A DNA stretch of 63,233 bases, filler included, from Conidiobolus incongruus B7586 (lineage: Eukaryota): the NCBI GenBank assembly GCA_000697335.1. It is 8 parts of 8 records of this genome, joined end to end, with 100 filler letters (N's around TTAATTAATTAA, not from the genome) between each part and the next. Parts side by side here need not be neighbours in the genome. Positions count along the whole stretch, not along the records: positions 31,938 to 55,862 come from JNEM01006163.1; 7 more parts are not named here. One strand, 5' to 3'. Positions 36,439 through 49,997 of the stretch are shown here, in pieces. The notes below the pieces were generated by a model that was not told the DNA's origin, searched no databases, and worked only from the letters and a program-made list of their open reading frames with translations. How positions within the stretch are numbered: the first letter of the stretch is position 1; the number at the start of each line of letters is the position of its first letter. Position numbers and translations under genes: made by a program.

Positions 36439-38409
36439 TCAATCACTCTCGAGGATTAATGTAATTTTTAAATGTTCAAATTATTGTATATCAAAATTAT
36501 AATAAATTTTTTAAATTTGTGATGATTTTTATTTTAAATTAATTTTTGATCAATGAAATATACAAAATTGAGACAATTCAAAGCTTTAGAAAACGAAGAA
36601 TTCAAGACATTATTATTTTTTTCTATATTTTTTGGAATTTATTGAATCAATTCATTATTTAAATAAATATTTTAATGATTATGGTTGTTTTAAAATTATT
36701 TTTATATATGATAATTACGATTAAAATACAACAGTGAATTCAAAATCTCCGTCTTAATATCATCTTCCAAAATCTCCATAATTTCACTAAACCAAACTAA
36801 ATGTTCTGCGACTTCCACACTCTTTGACGTCCACTACCAATACTAATTTTGACCCTTTGACAATTGATACAACATTTCTAATACTGAAATCAACTCTATC
36901 AAAATTTGATCTGGGTTTAGCGGATTTTGAAGTGATTGGGACCTGATCGTTAGTTATAAGATGAGTTTCACAGTTTTTTGAATTAATTAATAATGTTTTC
37001 AAGTTGGAAGGTAATTTCATATTGAAAATCAATGTGGACAGATTCATGGAGACGAAAGCGACTCAATTCACGGCAATACCAGCTATTAAAGAAGTTTTTT
37101 TGCATGCTGTAGTATTACAAAATATTTTCATTTTCAATTAATTTCTATAAGAGCAACCAAAATTAAAATTACCAGGTGTTCGTATCTATCTCAATTTTAA
37201 TTTTAATTATTATGCAAATTTACCATTTAATTGGTATTTCAACTGATTATAATTTAACAAATATTGTTAATCTATTTTATCTCATAAATTTCAACGATAG
37301 TTTACATACAGTTCTCAATCTATTAAGAGATTAGAGTATATAAAATTTTGAATATTGATCAATTATCGTTATAAATATAATCTGATAATATTTTAATTAA
37401 CTTTTATATTTATAATAATTTAAAATGCTCTTAATAATATTTTAATTGTATTATGATACTTTTTTAAAGATATTCTTCATATTTCTACATTATCGCTTCG
37501 AATTCTTTAGGAAACAATCCAGCATATTGCCAATTGACAATTCCAATGGGTTGGTCTTTCTCAACAACATAGGATTGGTAGTTGAGGGAGTTAAGTCAAA
37601 ATACAGGAAGTGAATACTTGGTATTTTTGAGCTCCTTCAGTATCTGTTTACTAATCTCAGTCCCTATCAATTGACTTGGCACTTTCACTCTTTCATTCAC
37701 TTCGCCCTTGATTTTCTTTTCATACTATTGTATCAACTCAGAGATATTCCCACCCTTATTCTCGAGTATAGGCGTTCTTACCTCTACGCGCGTGTCCACC
37801 AATCCTATATCCCCAATTTCACTAAACCTACCATAGTATGGATTTTCATTGGTCGCAGTTAATAGTAACTCCTTAAACTACATTACTTGTCTTTGTATTT
37901 CTTCCTTATATCTATACTCCTCCCATTCCATTTTACTTTCAAACATTTTCCCTTTTACATGTCATGCCCCTACTACCGGATACTCACCCTTTGTATTTCT
38001 ATATAGTAATGTTGCATTATATCGTTTGTATTTTTCGGCTATTAGAATCATGATTTTTACCATATTTTGAAAACTTACTAATGGAATTGTCTATTTCAGT
38101 TTGCTAGATTCCTTTAATTATGTTATGAGTACTAGTACACAAGTTATTCGGTCAATATTCCAAAAACGATCAAACAGAAATTAGGTTATGAATTTTTGAA
38201 AATAAAATATTTTTTATTGTAATAAATACTCCTAAAGATCATAAAATAAAATAATAAATTAAATCAATTGAATTGACTCGACTTGAGTAAGAAGAAAAGT
38301 CTGAGAAATCCAGATATGGTGAAGTTGGACAATTAGTTTGTGAATGAAGCAATCAAAAGAGAGTTCATTTTTTCATTTCAAATTGGATGAGTGCAGAGTC
38401 AATTGACAT

Positions 38410-40109
38410 TTAATTATTTATTATTTTATCTCTATATTAATTGCATTAATAAATTAAAGTAATCTAGATTTAGTGATAATAAAATTACCTATATTCTTCA
38501 ATATTTTCAAATGTAAGAATGACTAAATCACGCTTGGAGAGTGGATTCTTAGTAAGTGGACAAATGTTCTTAGAGTTGGGATTAGTGAGACACCTGAGCC
38601 AAGTGTTATAGCCCATAACGTGACCATAGGGTGAGATAGCTGGCTTAACAACTGGATCGAGTGTGATAGGATCGATGAAATCAGGAATGGGATTGTTGGG
38701 ATCACATTCATCTTCTTCATCTTCATCGTCGGGAATAAAGGTGTTGACAGGGACAACTGGACATGCTTCTTCCTCTTCATCGTCGAGATTGTCTGCTGCG
38801 GTGGATCGAGTCCTGGCAGTGGTTCTCCATGTGGTGGAGTTCTTGCGTGTGTTTTCGTACCACTCACCACTGGAGTCGTCTGAGTCATCATCTCTAGCAC
38901 GTCTCTTTCTTCTTGTGCGCGTGGTTGATGAGCGAGTTCCCGTAGATTGATCATCGCTATTATCTTGTTGAGCACCCCTCATTATATGCTTGGTATGTGT
39001 GCGGAACGTTCTCTTGACAGTTCCATCTTTATTCTTTTGCTTAGTGGCGAAGAGGTAATGGACTTTACCTTTTTCGTCGATGACGTAGTTGGGATCATGT
39101 ACCTCACCGTTAACGACGAGTTGACGATAGAAATTGGAGCATTGATAACCTACGCGACCAGGGATTGTCATTGAGAAGATACCCCACTGGCCGTCAGCAC
39201 CGATTTCGGCCAATCGATCGAAAAATAATTTTCTTTCATGAGCCGTCCAAGCACCAGTTCTCTGTTCCTCACCAGGGGCATTGAACCTGTAGTAATATGT
39301 GTTTGGCTTGGTGTCGATAGCCTTGTATGCCTTGATACGTGCTTCGGACCATCCTGCCATGGCTTTAGAGGGATCCTTTTGAAGTTGTTCTAAAGCGTCG
39401 TCAAGAGCAAGGCGGGCTACGGTATGATAATGTCTTTTGGCAGTGTCAGAAGTATTCTTCTTGGAGGTGGAAGTTCTCTTAGCCACTAACTTTTCGTAAG
39501 CTTCAATTTGTTCTACACTCATCATATTTGAATGCTTATGTTTCTGGTGCTCAGTGGCAATTTGCTTTCTAATAAAGCTCAAGTAACCAGGTTGAGAAAA
39601 TTGAGCGATAACTTCTTGCTAAACAAAAATTAAAATCTTTAAAAATTGATGTTAATTAAAAAATATTACTTCGTCATTATCATTCTCATTTAAAGCCTTT
39701 TTAATTTCTTCATCGGACAAAAATTCGAACACCTCTCTAATTTTACCGGATTTCTCGTTAAATTCCCTCTGTTCAAACTGTTTAAATTTTTCTTGTTGTA
39801 AAGCTATTCTCTGTTGAATAATATCTTTTTCGGTTTCCGTTACCGTACCACTATAGATATTATCTTTACGGATGTTCCCTGTCGTTGAAGGGTTATATAA
39901 CTCGTTTAAGTTAAGATTGTTTACTTTTTCTGATAAATGAAATTCATTTGTAGGGGTGGCTACTTGTGTTTGGTTCTTAATTAATAACTAAAGTGACAAG
40001 GTTGAGTTAAAGAGATCAGCAAAAGGGATAAATATCTATAGTGAAATAAAAATATGATACTTACCTTAATATCAACTCTGGATTCAGTTGGAGGGTACCA
40101 AGGTGTCAT
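38410..40109 (-). CDS. CUE-like + Myb/SANT-like + U-box-like protein; exons 40109-40065, 39987-39670, 39618-38489, 38431-38410
   Basis: WT..ERKLF...QWGIFSMTIPGRVGYQCSNFY (Myb-like), FIDPITL..V.KPAISPYGHV...CPLTK.PL (U-box-like), VFEFLSDEEIKKAL (CUE-like). First exon less certain. Confidence 0.75.
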
Positions 40110-40760
40110 ATTCTAAACTTATTCTAATTAAAATTTTCAGTAATGATAAAAAACTATAGTAAAATGAAAGATAAAACACTATTCAAAGATAAAATTAGTT
40201 TAAATATTAAAAAACTAATACCAATTTTTAAGAATTTTTTCTTTATTGATGTTATGGAAAATTTTTTCTAGAAAATACAATTATTCAACTATTTTGGAAA
40301 GTTGAATAGTTATTAACTGAATAAATGTTATTGATTGACAATATCATAAATGATGATATATCAAAATAGGTTCGCAATATTTAAACTCGAAAGGAGCTAT
40401 GATTAAATAAAATGAAATAGTGAATACCTTAATGAATATTAATCAAATAAATTTAAGAAATAGACAACTCTAAATCTGTCTATCAATTTTTTCTTTTTTT
40501 AATCTGGTTAATTTATAATGTTTTTAATTAAGGGTTAATTCATCCAATAAAAATATTGATTGGTTGAAGCTGCATGATCACTTAAATTTCAATTTTAAAA
40601 CGCGAAACTTTGATTCTCAGCCAATCATTAGAATCATATTTTAATTTAAGGTGATATATTTGAATTTTGGTATTATGTAAATATGTGAACTTTTATGAGA
40701 TTTTATGTGTATTTAAATTGATTAAAACAACATCAAATTCAAAATGTTTCAAAAATTATT

Positions 40761-40792
<32 letters not shown>

Positions 40793-41627
40793 GCTATTTT
40801 ACATATAGTAAATGCAATATAAGATAAATTATAAGTTATATTTTTAAATGCCGATTTTAGACAAAATCAAGTATTAATCTTAAATTATAAGCTTGATCAA
40901 CTGATTACAATTAATTTAATTTTAATCTATTAAAATAAAGTATATGAGAAGAAAATTTATATAAAATATAATAAGAATAATATTAATATTTCAAAATATT
41001 GGTATATTAATCACTGGTTAAGTATTGATTAATTATCTAATATATTTAAATGATTTATTGCCAATTTATTCAAATAATAAAAATCTAAAATTTTTTAGTC
41101 GATGAGAAATTCTTTAAATAGAAATATTTGAGTCCTAAAATAATGATTTAATTATACAAGATTACTAATTATAATTTATTTTAATTTATCATAAAATATT
41201 TAAATCAAAACTAAACATATTTTATAAATCTGATATATAATTTAACTTACATCTAATTCAAATAAATTAATATATAACTAACATATAATTAGGATATACT
41301 GAAATAATTAAAACCATAGATTTGATATATTACTATTTTCAATAATTAAAAGAATATGCTTAACAAAAATTTTAACCAAATTTCAAATATTAATTCATTC
41401 TATTATACTATAATGAACTTTTAAATTTGATTCATTTAATTTTCGAATAAAATTTTCATTATTTTAATATTTATAAAAAATTAAGTAATAATCGAAATAA
41501 AAATCCATTATAGTGTTGTATAATATAATTTTGATGATAAAATTTGTAATATAATAAATAATATAGAAAAATATCAAATCTAAATTGAAAATTCATTAAT
41601 ATTAATTAAAAAATTAAATTAAAAAAA

Positions 41628-41701
41628 TGATCTCGCTCAGATTCGAACTGAGGACCGTCTGTGTGTTAGACAGACGTGATAACCAACTACACCACGAGAT
41701 C
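41628..41701 (-). tRNA. tRNA-Val (AAC)
   Basis: Reverse complement GATCTCGTGGTGTAGTTGGTTATCACGTCTGTCTAACACACAGACGGTCCTCAGTTCGAATCTGAGCGAGATCA. Anticodon loop CTAACAC, followed by a T-run terminator. Confidence 0.93.
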
Positions 41702-41711
41702 CTATTGGCTC

Positions 41712-42285
41712 TATCACGGTTATTAGCTCTTGGAGCGTCATTGAGGACACTGACACAGGCATTGTGTAGGCCAGCTTGTGAAGTATGGCATTTACCAGCT
41801 GGTGTAGACTACTGAGGATCAGTTCCCTGGCTATTTGGCCATGATCACCTGTAAAAGGGGTGTTGTAAAGAGTGACTACACCAGTAGCAATAGTAATGGT
41901 GTTAGAATCCAACATGCTAAAAAGATAGAATCACAAAATATCAATAAGAACAAATGTAGAATTAATAATAGAAGATGACTTAAGTGGACTATAGGCAGCT
42001 GCTTGAGTATACTAGAGTTAAGGTTTTGGAAGTAGGCAAAAGGTTTATTTGTATAAAAAAGAAGAAAAGTAAAGAAGAGAGGTAAAGGAGAGAGATCAAA
42101 GAGGAGGAACCAAGTTCTTTTTATAATTAAGTGAAATATATAGGCATAAGTATGCAACAACTGAGTAACAGTGAGGTCACTCAGACATAGACTGGTAGAA
42201 TATTGATAAGGCCTAATTTGTTTAATCAGGAACTTGGTAGTGAATTTAAGTGAGAAAAGACATCAATCAGGTAGCAATTGCCACA
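41712..42285. mobile_element. Solo LTR family A, copy 2 (574 bp), TSD GGCTC/GGATC
   Basis: Homologous to 35899-36438. Ends TATCACGG...TTGCCACA. 4/5 TSD match. Confidence 0.8.
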
Positions 42286-42290
42286 GGATC

Positions 42291-42559
42291 TGTAACAGAT
42301 CTGACCCTATTTCTCTTAAGGCTTATAACATTCTACCAATAAAATCATATCATATATGTATTACTCTATCTTAGCATTGGTATCATTGTATAAATACCAT
42401 CTTTGGCACAATAAGCCTTATACTTGTTCTTAACATATTTCTGTTTATTAGGGGTTTACCTACCAGTGTACAGTATAGTTTTAATTATATAAGTTATGGA
42501 TTGGTAACAACTCCCAGTAGAATAGGATATCAGTGGCAATGCCATTGAGAGCTGTAACA
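42291..42559. mobile_element. Putative solo LTR family B (269 bp), TGTAACA...TGTAACA, TSD GGATC/GAATC
   Basis: Canonical TG...CA ends. GC-richer than flanks. 4/5 TSD match. Confidence 0.6.
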
Positions 42560-42859
42560 GAATCAATTTTAAATTTTCTTCAATTATATTATTTATGATT
42601 CAATAAATAAGACAAATTGTCTTAATATTAATCTCTCATTATATTTAATATTAATTAAAAATTTTTAACAACTTTTTTATTTGTTATTTCTTTTTTTTAA
42701 CATTCAACAAATAAATAATTTGATAATTATGTTAATTACCAAAGATTAAGAAGATAAATCATTTTTTCAGTATTCTAAAATGCATTAATATAAAACCTTT
42801 ATATAACTAATATTTTTATTATATTAATTATTTTAATATATATATTGCAAGTTTGACTG

Positions 42860-44059
42860 AGACAATTTTAAAATTAAATTTGATCACCAAATTTCATCTT
42901 ACTCTTTGCAGAAAAAACTTTAATAATATGATAAATTTGAAAAATTACAACTCCTTCAATTCCAATGACCTCATTACTTTATAATAAAAAACAATTAAGT
43001 AATTTCTAATCTTCTCAATTAATATCTACACTGCATTCAAAAATTAAAAATATTGCATAACAAATCACATCAAGTAGCTTTATATTTGATAGAATTAAGA
43101 TTTAATAATTAATCATCGATTCATTTCGGTTGAATGGATATTAATATTTATATTCTTAATATTGGATTTCGGCTGTAGATTGATATCATATAAGGCCTGT
43201 ATAGATAGTATCCATTTGATAGTAATTTCGGTTTTAGTTATACCAACTGGGAAAATTTCAAAGTGATATTTTAACAAAGGTAAATTTCAAATTTATATTA
43301 ATCAAATCCAGCAATATTTTATATATCTAAATTACAGATCAATAATATGCGAAGTGGCCTAAAATATTTAAAATCATCTTACATTTAAATCTTTTCTTAT
43401 AATAGGTTGGTGGAATTTAAAATTGATTATACTCAATAATTAAATGATACAAACCTTGGTCATAATAGTTCATTTTCACACCTTTAAATAATTTTTGATA
43501 TATAGAAATAACCAATAAAAACATTAAATACCCTATATGCTAAATGAACTATCAATGTTTATTAGTTTTTATTAAATTATTATTCAAATTGTGATAATTG
43601 TCACCATCAATTGTTACAATTATACGGTAATGATAACCAATCTAACAAAAGAATGTAATCCTTTATTTAATTAGGATAAATTTTTCCAATTTTGTGATAA
43701 TTTTTGATAAGTCCAATATAGATGAATATTGAATAATGATATCATCATTAAGTTTAATAAACCTATAATAAAATAAATCTCATTATTTGATAATTGATCC
43801 AATATTAAAGACCAGTTGAATCCTCTTTCAACTCAACATTTTTATGAATATTAATAATCCATTTTAAAAACTTCCTTCAATTTATTAGATCAATTCTGAA
43901 TATTACAATATTAATAACAGTTATGTTTAATAAATTTCTTATTTTCCAAAGTTATATTATTTCAATACTGGAATAAAATATTTATTAAATCAAACTATTT
44001 ATCCCAGCGTCAAAAAAATATTCTAAATATATCACATCTCAATTTCTAATTTTAGCCAT
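42860..44059 (-). pseudogene. Possible decayed F-box/LRR-type gene
   Basis: Starts MAKIRN*DVIYLEYF and ends near WVIKF-like text. Many stops and shifts; weak resemblance only. Confidence 0.25.
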
Positions 44060-44518
44060 ATCTTGATAATATTTAAAAAAAATTCTTTGAATTGGATTTA
44101 TAAAACTTGGAAATGAAACTCAGGAATTAATTAACTGCTTAATTCTCAAATTTCTTGAAATTTCTCGATAATGGAACAGCTAGGAGATTTGGTCCAGAAA
44201 TTATTAAAAATTTATTGACAGTGGGTTGTATAGGTTGCAATGACAAAGTCAAATGATCAAGATATTAAGGGTTATATTCAGATCCATTCATAACAATCAA
44301 TAATTTATCATCTTATAATATTCAAAGTCATTTGACTTGTGAAGGTCATTAACTACCCCAACATCATTGCAAACACAAATACTGAAATAATCAAAGTAAC
44401 GATGCACACAAATTTAAAATTTTATGGAACAATTTTTATTCAAAATTTATACATTCAATGTACATAGGTTAATTATGAATCGGTTAGTTAATGATAATGA
44501 TTAAATACTGATGCCGTT

Positions 44519-45970
44519 TTAATATGAGTTATTGAGTTTCAGTTTTTCATAAGGTTGAGGATTAGGTAAAACCGCAGTAATGAAGAATGCTATAATGGAG
44601 ACGAGTGCATAAATTTGATAGAGGTATGGGACAAAGGCACTGGGGCCGCCAATATTCTTGCAGTAAATGAAAAGGAATTGTGACGCTACAAAGCCCAAGT
44701 TTCTCATGGCTCCGTAGTAGCCGTTGGGAGATGGCTCGGACGATGGTGTGATGATGGTGGGATTGAATTGGGGCATGGATGTGCCGTTGGGGCCTAATTG
44801 AACAAATGCATTGGATAGGGCCATAAGCCACACGTAAAGATGAGGAGATACATCCTTGATTTGGTGAAATGCGAACCCGAGAACACTGTACATGATAGTC
44901 ATACCTGCAAAAGCGATTAATTGCAAGTACTTGCGCCCGATTCTTTCAATGAGAAGAGTGGCTACAAGGTAACCAGGAAGAATACCAATAGAGACAATGA
45001 CTACACCACCAGTAATGGTAAAATTAGTGGTGGCAGGTGTGGAAGTATCAAGAAACCCGACAGGTGTGAAAATGACACCCAAATTCAAGTTATACCCCCA
45101 GTAAATGAGATTAGTAGCAAACATGGTATACATACCGCCAAGAAGAATTTTTAAGTTTTTAAATTTAGAAAAATGGGAAATGGAATCGGACCAAGTGAAT
45201 GATACTGGACCTTCAGCTGGGAGAGATTCATTTAATGTGTGACTAGAGACCAATCTCTCGGTATCTGCCTTTAATTCAGGATCTTTACGTTCAGTCATTC
45301 TATAATAAAGTGTAATGGCTGTTGGAATAAATATAGCAGCTTCATAAATCCTCCAACCATAGTCCAAAAGATCTGTATTATCTTTTGGAACATATCTAAG
45401 AGCACCAGCAACTACCAAACTAAGAACCGAACCGACGATAATAGCGAGAGTGAAAGGAACAAAAATCGCTATCATAATCAATTTTGGAGTAGCAGTAGGA
45501 GCCAATGGTGATTCTGCAATAGCTTTAAAGGGATTGTCAAGGGCAAACCCAATACCAATAGCAAAACGCCAGAATACCATAGCTGCGATGAAATCTATAC
45601 CACGTCCCCTACCAGTCAACGCCAGTCCAATACTACTTGCCAACACAATTAAAAGCCCAGAATTTTTAACAGGTTGGGAGATCTTATTAGCAAACATATA
45701 ACTCATCCATTGTGCTACCAAGCAACCTATAGGAGCAGCTACCTTTAGTAAAATATCATAAATATAAGGGATATTCCCATCAAAATATACCAAAGACACA
45801 AATAGTACGAAAAAAGCGAGTACAAAACTATCGTAACAATCTATAAAATAACCCGCGCCATCGATCATATATTTCCTCAAAATTGGCCAAGTGATTTTTG
45901 TAGAATTGACTTGATGATGGCCCAAAGTCTCTTCAATCACAACCTCTGAACTATTAGTCGTCTTGACCAT
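44519..45970 (-). CDS. MFS transporter, divergent PHO84-like paralog 1 (intronless)
   Basis: GAGYFIDCYDSF, D..WR, LPGY...IERIGRKYLQL, GPN motifs; about 12 hydrophobic segments. First ATG at 45970 (track ORF starts at a GTG). Confidence 0.85.
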   Translation of the reverse strand: MVKTTNSSEVVIEETLGHHQVNSTKITWPILRKYMIDGAGYFIDCYDSFVLAFFVLFVSLVYFDGNIPYIYDILLKVAAPIGCLVAQWMSYMFANKISQPVKNSGLLIVLASSIGLALTGRGRGIDFIAAMVFWRFAIGIGFALDNPFKAIAESPLAPTATPKLIMIAIFVPFTLAIIVGSVLSLVVAGALRYVPKDNTDLLDYGWRIYEAAIFIPTAITLYYRMTERKDPELKADTERLVSSHTLNESLPAEGPVSFTWSDSISHFSKFKNLKILLGGMYTMFATNLIYWGYNLNLGVIFTPVGFLDTSTPATTNFTITGGVVIVSIGILPGYLVATLLIERIGRKYLQLIAFAGMTIMYSVLGFAFHQIKDVSPHLYVWLMALSNAFVQLGPNGTSMPQFNPTIITPSSEPSPNGYYGAMRNLGFVASQFLFIYCKNIGGPSAFVPYLYQIYALVSIIAFFITAVLPNPQPYEKLKLNNSY

Positions 45971-48900
45971 TAGTGCCACTACTACTACTACTACTACTAC
46001 TTTATAATCACAGAAGATTAATTAAAATTGATCAAAGGATCACGAAATCAAAGGCGCTCCTTTTATACACTTCCCAAATTTCAACTTTTATCCAAAATCA
46101 TGACCTGAAAAAATATTGCAAACAATTCTCACTAATGTAAGGTAAAAAAGGAGATTAAAAGAGAAATAAAGAAAAAAGTTGGGAATAGTGGATGAATATA
46201 TCCTTCACAGAGACTGAATATTAATTACTAAACTTTTAATATTGATAAATTTTCAATTGCGGAATATTATATTTAAAATTTTTATCTCTTTTTAGGGGTT
46301 GGATTAAGAACCATTAATTAAAATTATCACTTGTTTCACAATTTAATATAATTTTAGGGATTGTGAAAATGATTAGTTGATCAGTATATTAAATATATAT
46401 ATATATATATATAGAACTCAAACTAAGATTTAAAATAAAAGTCGAAATATAATTTTATATAATGTCTAGTATACTATAAGAATTTTTATTTATTATATAA
46501 TTTTTATATTTATATATAATTAAATGATTATTTTTTTTCATCAATCTATTTTTAAAGTATAAAAATTAGAAATTTTTTTTGTGATATTTATAAATTTTTC
46601 ATTTATTTTTATAATTATTATTAAAAATTTTATTATTATTTTAAATTAATTATATTATATTATATTATGTCTCATCCAAATTTTGTAAATGTTCATGAAT
46701 TATTCATAGTTATTATTTTTTGAAGATCTAGGTTTATATATTTGGGATATTATAGGTAAAGTAATGCCTATCCTTAAACAACAAAGAACTTTAAAGTATG
46801 ATTGATTTCTGATTATCTTTTTCATTTTAATTATATCATGTATTTATTAAAGTAATAATATTAATATTTATAATTTAAAAAAAAATATTTTTTTTATAAA
46901 TTAGATATAATTTTTGAATTATAGTTAAAATAGAATAATTCACTATGAATATTATTTTAATTAATTTTATATTAATTCAAGGATTTATTAATCAATAGGG
47001 GTATCTCACTTAAAATCACTCATATCAAAAAAATATGATAGAATTTTTCATTTTACAGTTTGATTGGGTAATTATCTCCAGGGCGGTTAATTATTTTCTC
47101 AAGTTTGGGTAATACTGTGTGGATCTTGGGTAATTGATATTTAAATTGATTTGAATTGATGTATGCATGCTATTATAATTTAATAATCTGTCTATTGCCC
47201 AATACTAATAATTATTGAGAAAAAATCTAAATATGATCACTTTCCTTAAATTTACAGTATACTGCTTCACGACAAAGATTCATAAACTGTTCCTAAATTA
47301 ATTTACTCAATCTTAATAATCAAGCCCCCCAAAAACTGTTGATAAAATTTCCAAAATGGTGACTTGTGTTATAATCACGCGGGAATATAGTGATTGATTT
47401 GGGAAAATACATTTAGTCATGAGGCTTGATAAGTTATTTTTAGTGGATAAATAGATATTTATATAAAAAAATTTTATTATTATGTAATCAACTTGTCAAA
47501 TTTATCAATTTAAAAATCTATTAAATAAAATTTTATTAATTTTTTAATTCATATATTAAAAAGTTGTATATAAATTAAAAGTTTGTTTAAATTTAATTAT
47601 ATAATATTTTAATTTATTTAAATTAATTATTATAAGTTCTTAATTTTTTTTAAAAAATTTTATTTTTTGAGTTTATGTATGAAAAAAATAATAGATAAAT
47701 TATTAAGTAAAATAAATGACATAAAATATTAATATAAGTTAATAACACTAAATTTCAAAATATTTTATTTTCATTATTTTATAATATCAATAGATATATA
47801 TTTGTTATTAGAACTCTTTAATAATAAAAAAATTCTAGTATATCTTCAACGATATTATCAATTCAATGTATGTTGTAAATTTAGTTAATAAAAGATGTAA
47901 TTAGTTTGGTGTTTTAAATATTATCAATGATAAAAGATCAATTCACCTATAAAACTCTATGATCTAATTTAATATATAAATATATATATATTATATTCCA
48001 ATTTATTTTGATCATAAAAAGGTTAACATTTATTAAAAAATTCAACTAAAAATAAAATTTATTCATAATTCCAATTGAATATTTAAATCAAACACAATTA
48101 TATAAATTAATATTAAAAAGTTATTATTTATATATTAATATTGATTAAAGAGAAAATATGATATAATAAGATATAAATATTCTATTTTATTTATTATAAA
48201 TTAATAATTAAAATTTTCCAAATTAACTTGAATCTAATAAATTTTAATTTAATATAAAATTTATAAACCAACTTATTAATCAATATTTATCAAATTAAAT
48301 CTATATCCAAATCTTAATTAAACAATTATATAATTAAAACTAGTTCAAATTTTGGATAATTATTTATAATATTATAAAATCAACATAATTTATATAATTT
48401 ACTAATTTATATCTTTAAAATTATAATATTTTCAATATTATATTATGAATTATAATAGAATGATTATAAAAGTATTATACTTATTCTAAATAACTGACTA
48501 TAAATATTTTTATCTTATTTTAAATGAAAACTTTATATTCATTAATTTATATATTTTAATAGTTTTAATTTATATTATACAAATAGTAAAAATTTTATTT
48601 ATTTGATTATATTGTAACTATATATAGAATTGATTCCTCACTGATTATAATCATAATCTTGAATAATTTAGGTAGGATTCATACTGATATCAATTTCAAA
48701 TTTTTAGTTCCATAATCTAATGTGAAAACATAGTGCTTATATTTTACAAAAGTGTCTAATATTGAATGAATATAGTACTATAGATTTAAATATTAACCTT
48801 TCATTATCAATTTATTGATTTTATATACTTTACATGAGCTTGATCTAAAATTTTTATAACTTAATCTGTTAAAAAGTTTCAATATTTAAAATAATAATTA

Positions 48901-49958
48901 GGTTTAATTAAGCTATCAAAGTATATGGCTATTATTTTTAACCTCAGAAAAATAATGGAGAATTGAATTATAAGTATTAAAACTGACATTCAATTAATAA
49001 TAAAAGTTAAATTATAATCACATCACTTATTTAATAATCAACTCTAGTTAAATAACTTTTTTCAATATACTAAAATATATTTAATAATCTTGAATCAATA
49101 ACTCATATTTTGAACTTTATTAATTTCCAGTATAATAAGATATATAAATCAATTGAATAAATGATTTGAGATACAATATTAAGCTAATTTAGTAATGTTG
49201 TTATTACAATGAAATTAATAAAAGCTTTAATGCTTGTGAATGCAATCCTTAAGATCTTGGGAGCACCACAATAAGAGGGAGCGGAAGATGGTTAGGTTGA
49301 TAGATCTACTTTCGAAAGAGATAAAATGCTTGGATTTGTAGGAAATGACATAGAATTAATAGTAGATGCTTCACCCAATGAAGAAAACCATGCTCATGGG
49401 AGAAGGGAGAGAGATGAATGTGAATTTACGAGCGATATTTTAGCCTTAAAGTTTGGAACACCACTAGAAATATAATTCTTCATTATACTCTAAAAAAGAT
49501 TTAAATTAAATTTGAAATCAACTGATTAAAATCATCTGAGTATTATTTCCCCTCACTAATCAATGAAAATCATTGATAATTCAAGTCAATAACTCAATGC
49601 ATATGGTCTTAAATAGTATCTGTATTATTAACTATGAATAATCTTTTCAAATTATTGTGTTTTAATTTTTATAATTTATCAGTGGAAAAAGAAATTTATT
49701 TTTAAAATTAAAATAGGAATATTTAATTATATGCAAGTTTAATGAGTTTAACCACTAACTCAATTCATTTCAAAAAATACTTTAGATTTTAAGGTTCAGT
49801 TATAAATCAAATTGTTTATTTTTCAAATTTTTAATACTTAAATTCAATATTTTATATTTCAAATAATTTGAACATATTTGTAATATAACAATTATATACT
49901 CTCAATTATGAAAATTAATTCAATTATATATGAAGTAACATAATAATATCACCTTGAC

Positions 49959-49997
<39 letters not shown>

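Noticed and set aside
35917..42160. Similar short ORFs MLDPDAITIAT.../MLDSNTITIAT... as a gene family
   Set aside because: They lie inside the two LTR copies, start at TTG, and have non-conserved ends (one runs through the tRNA).
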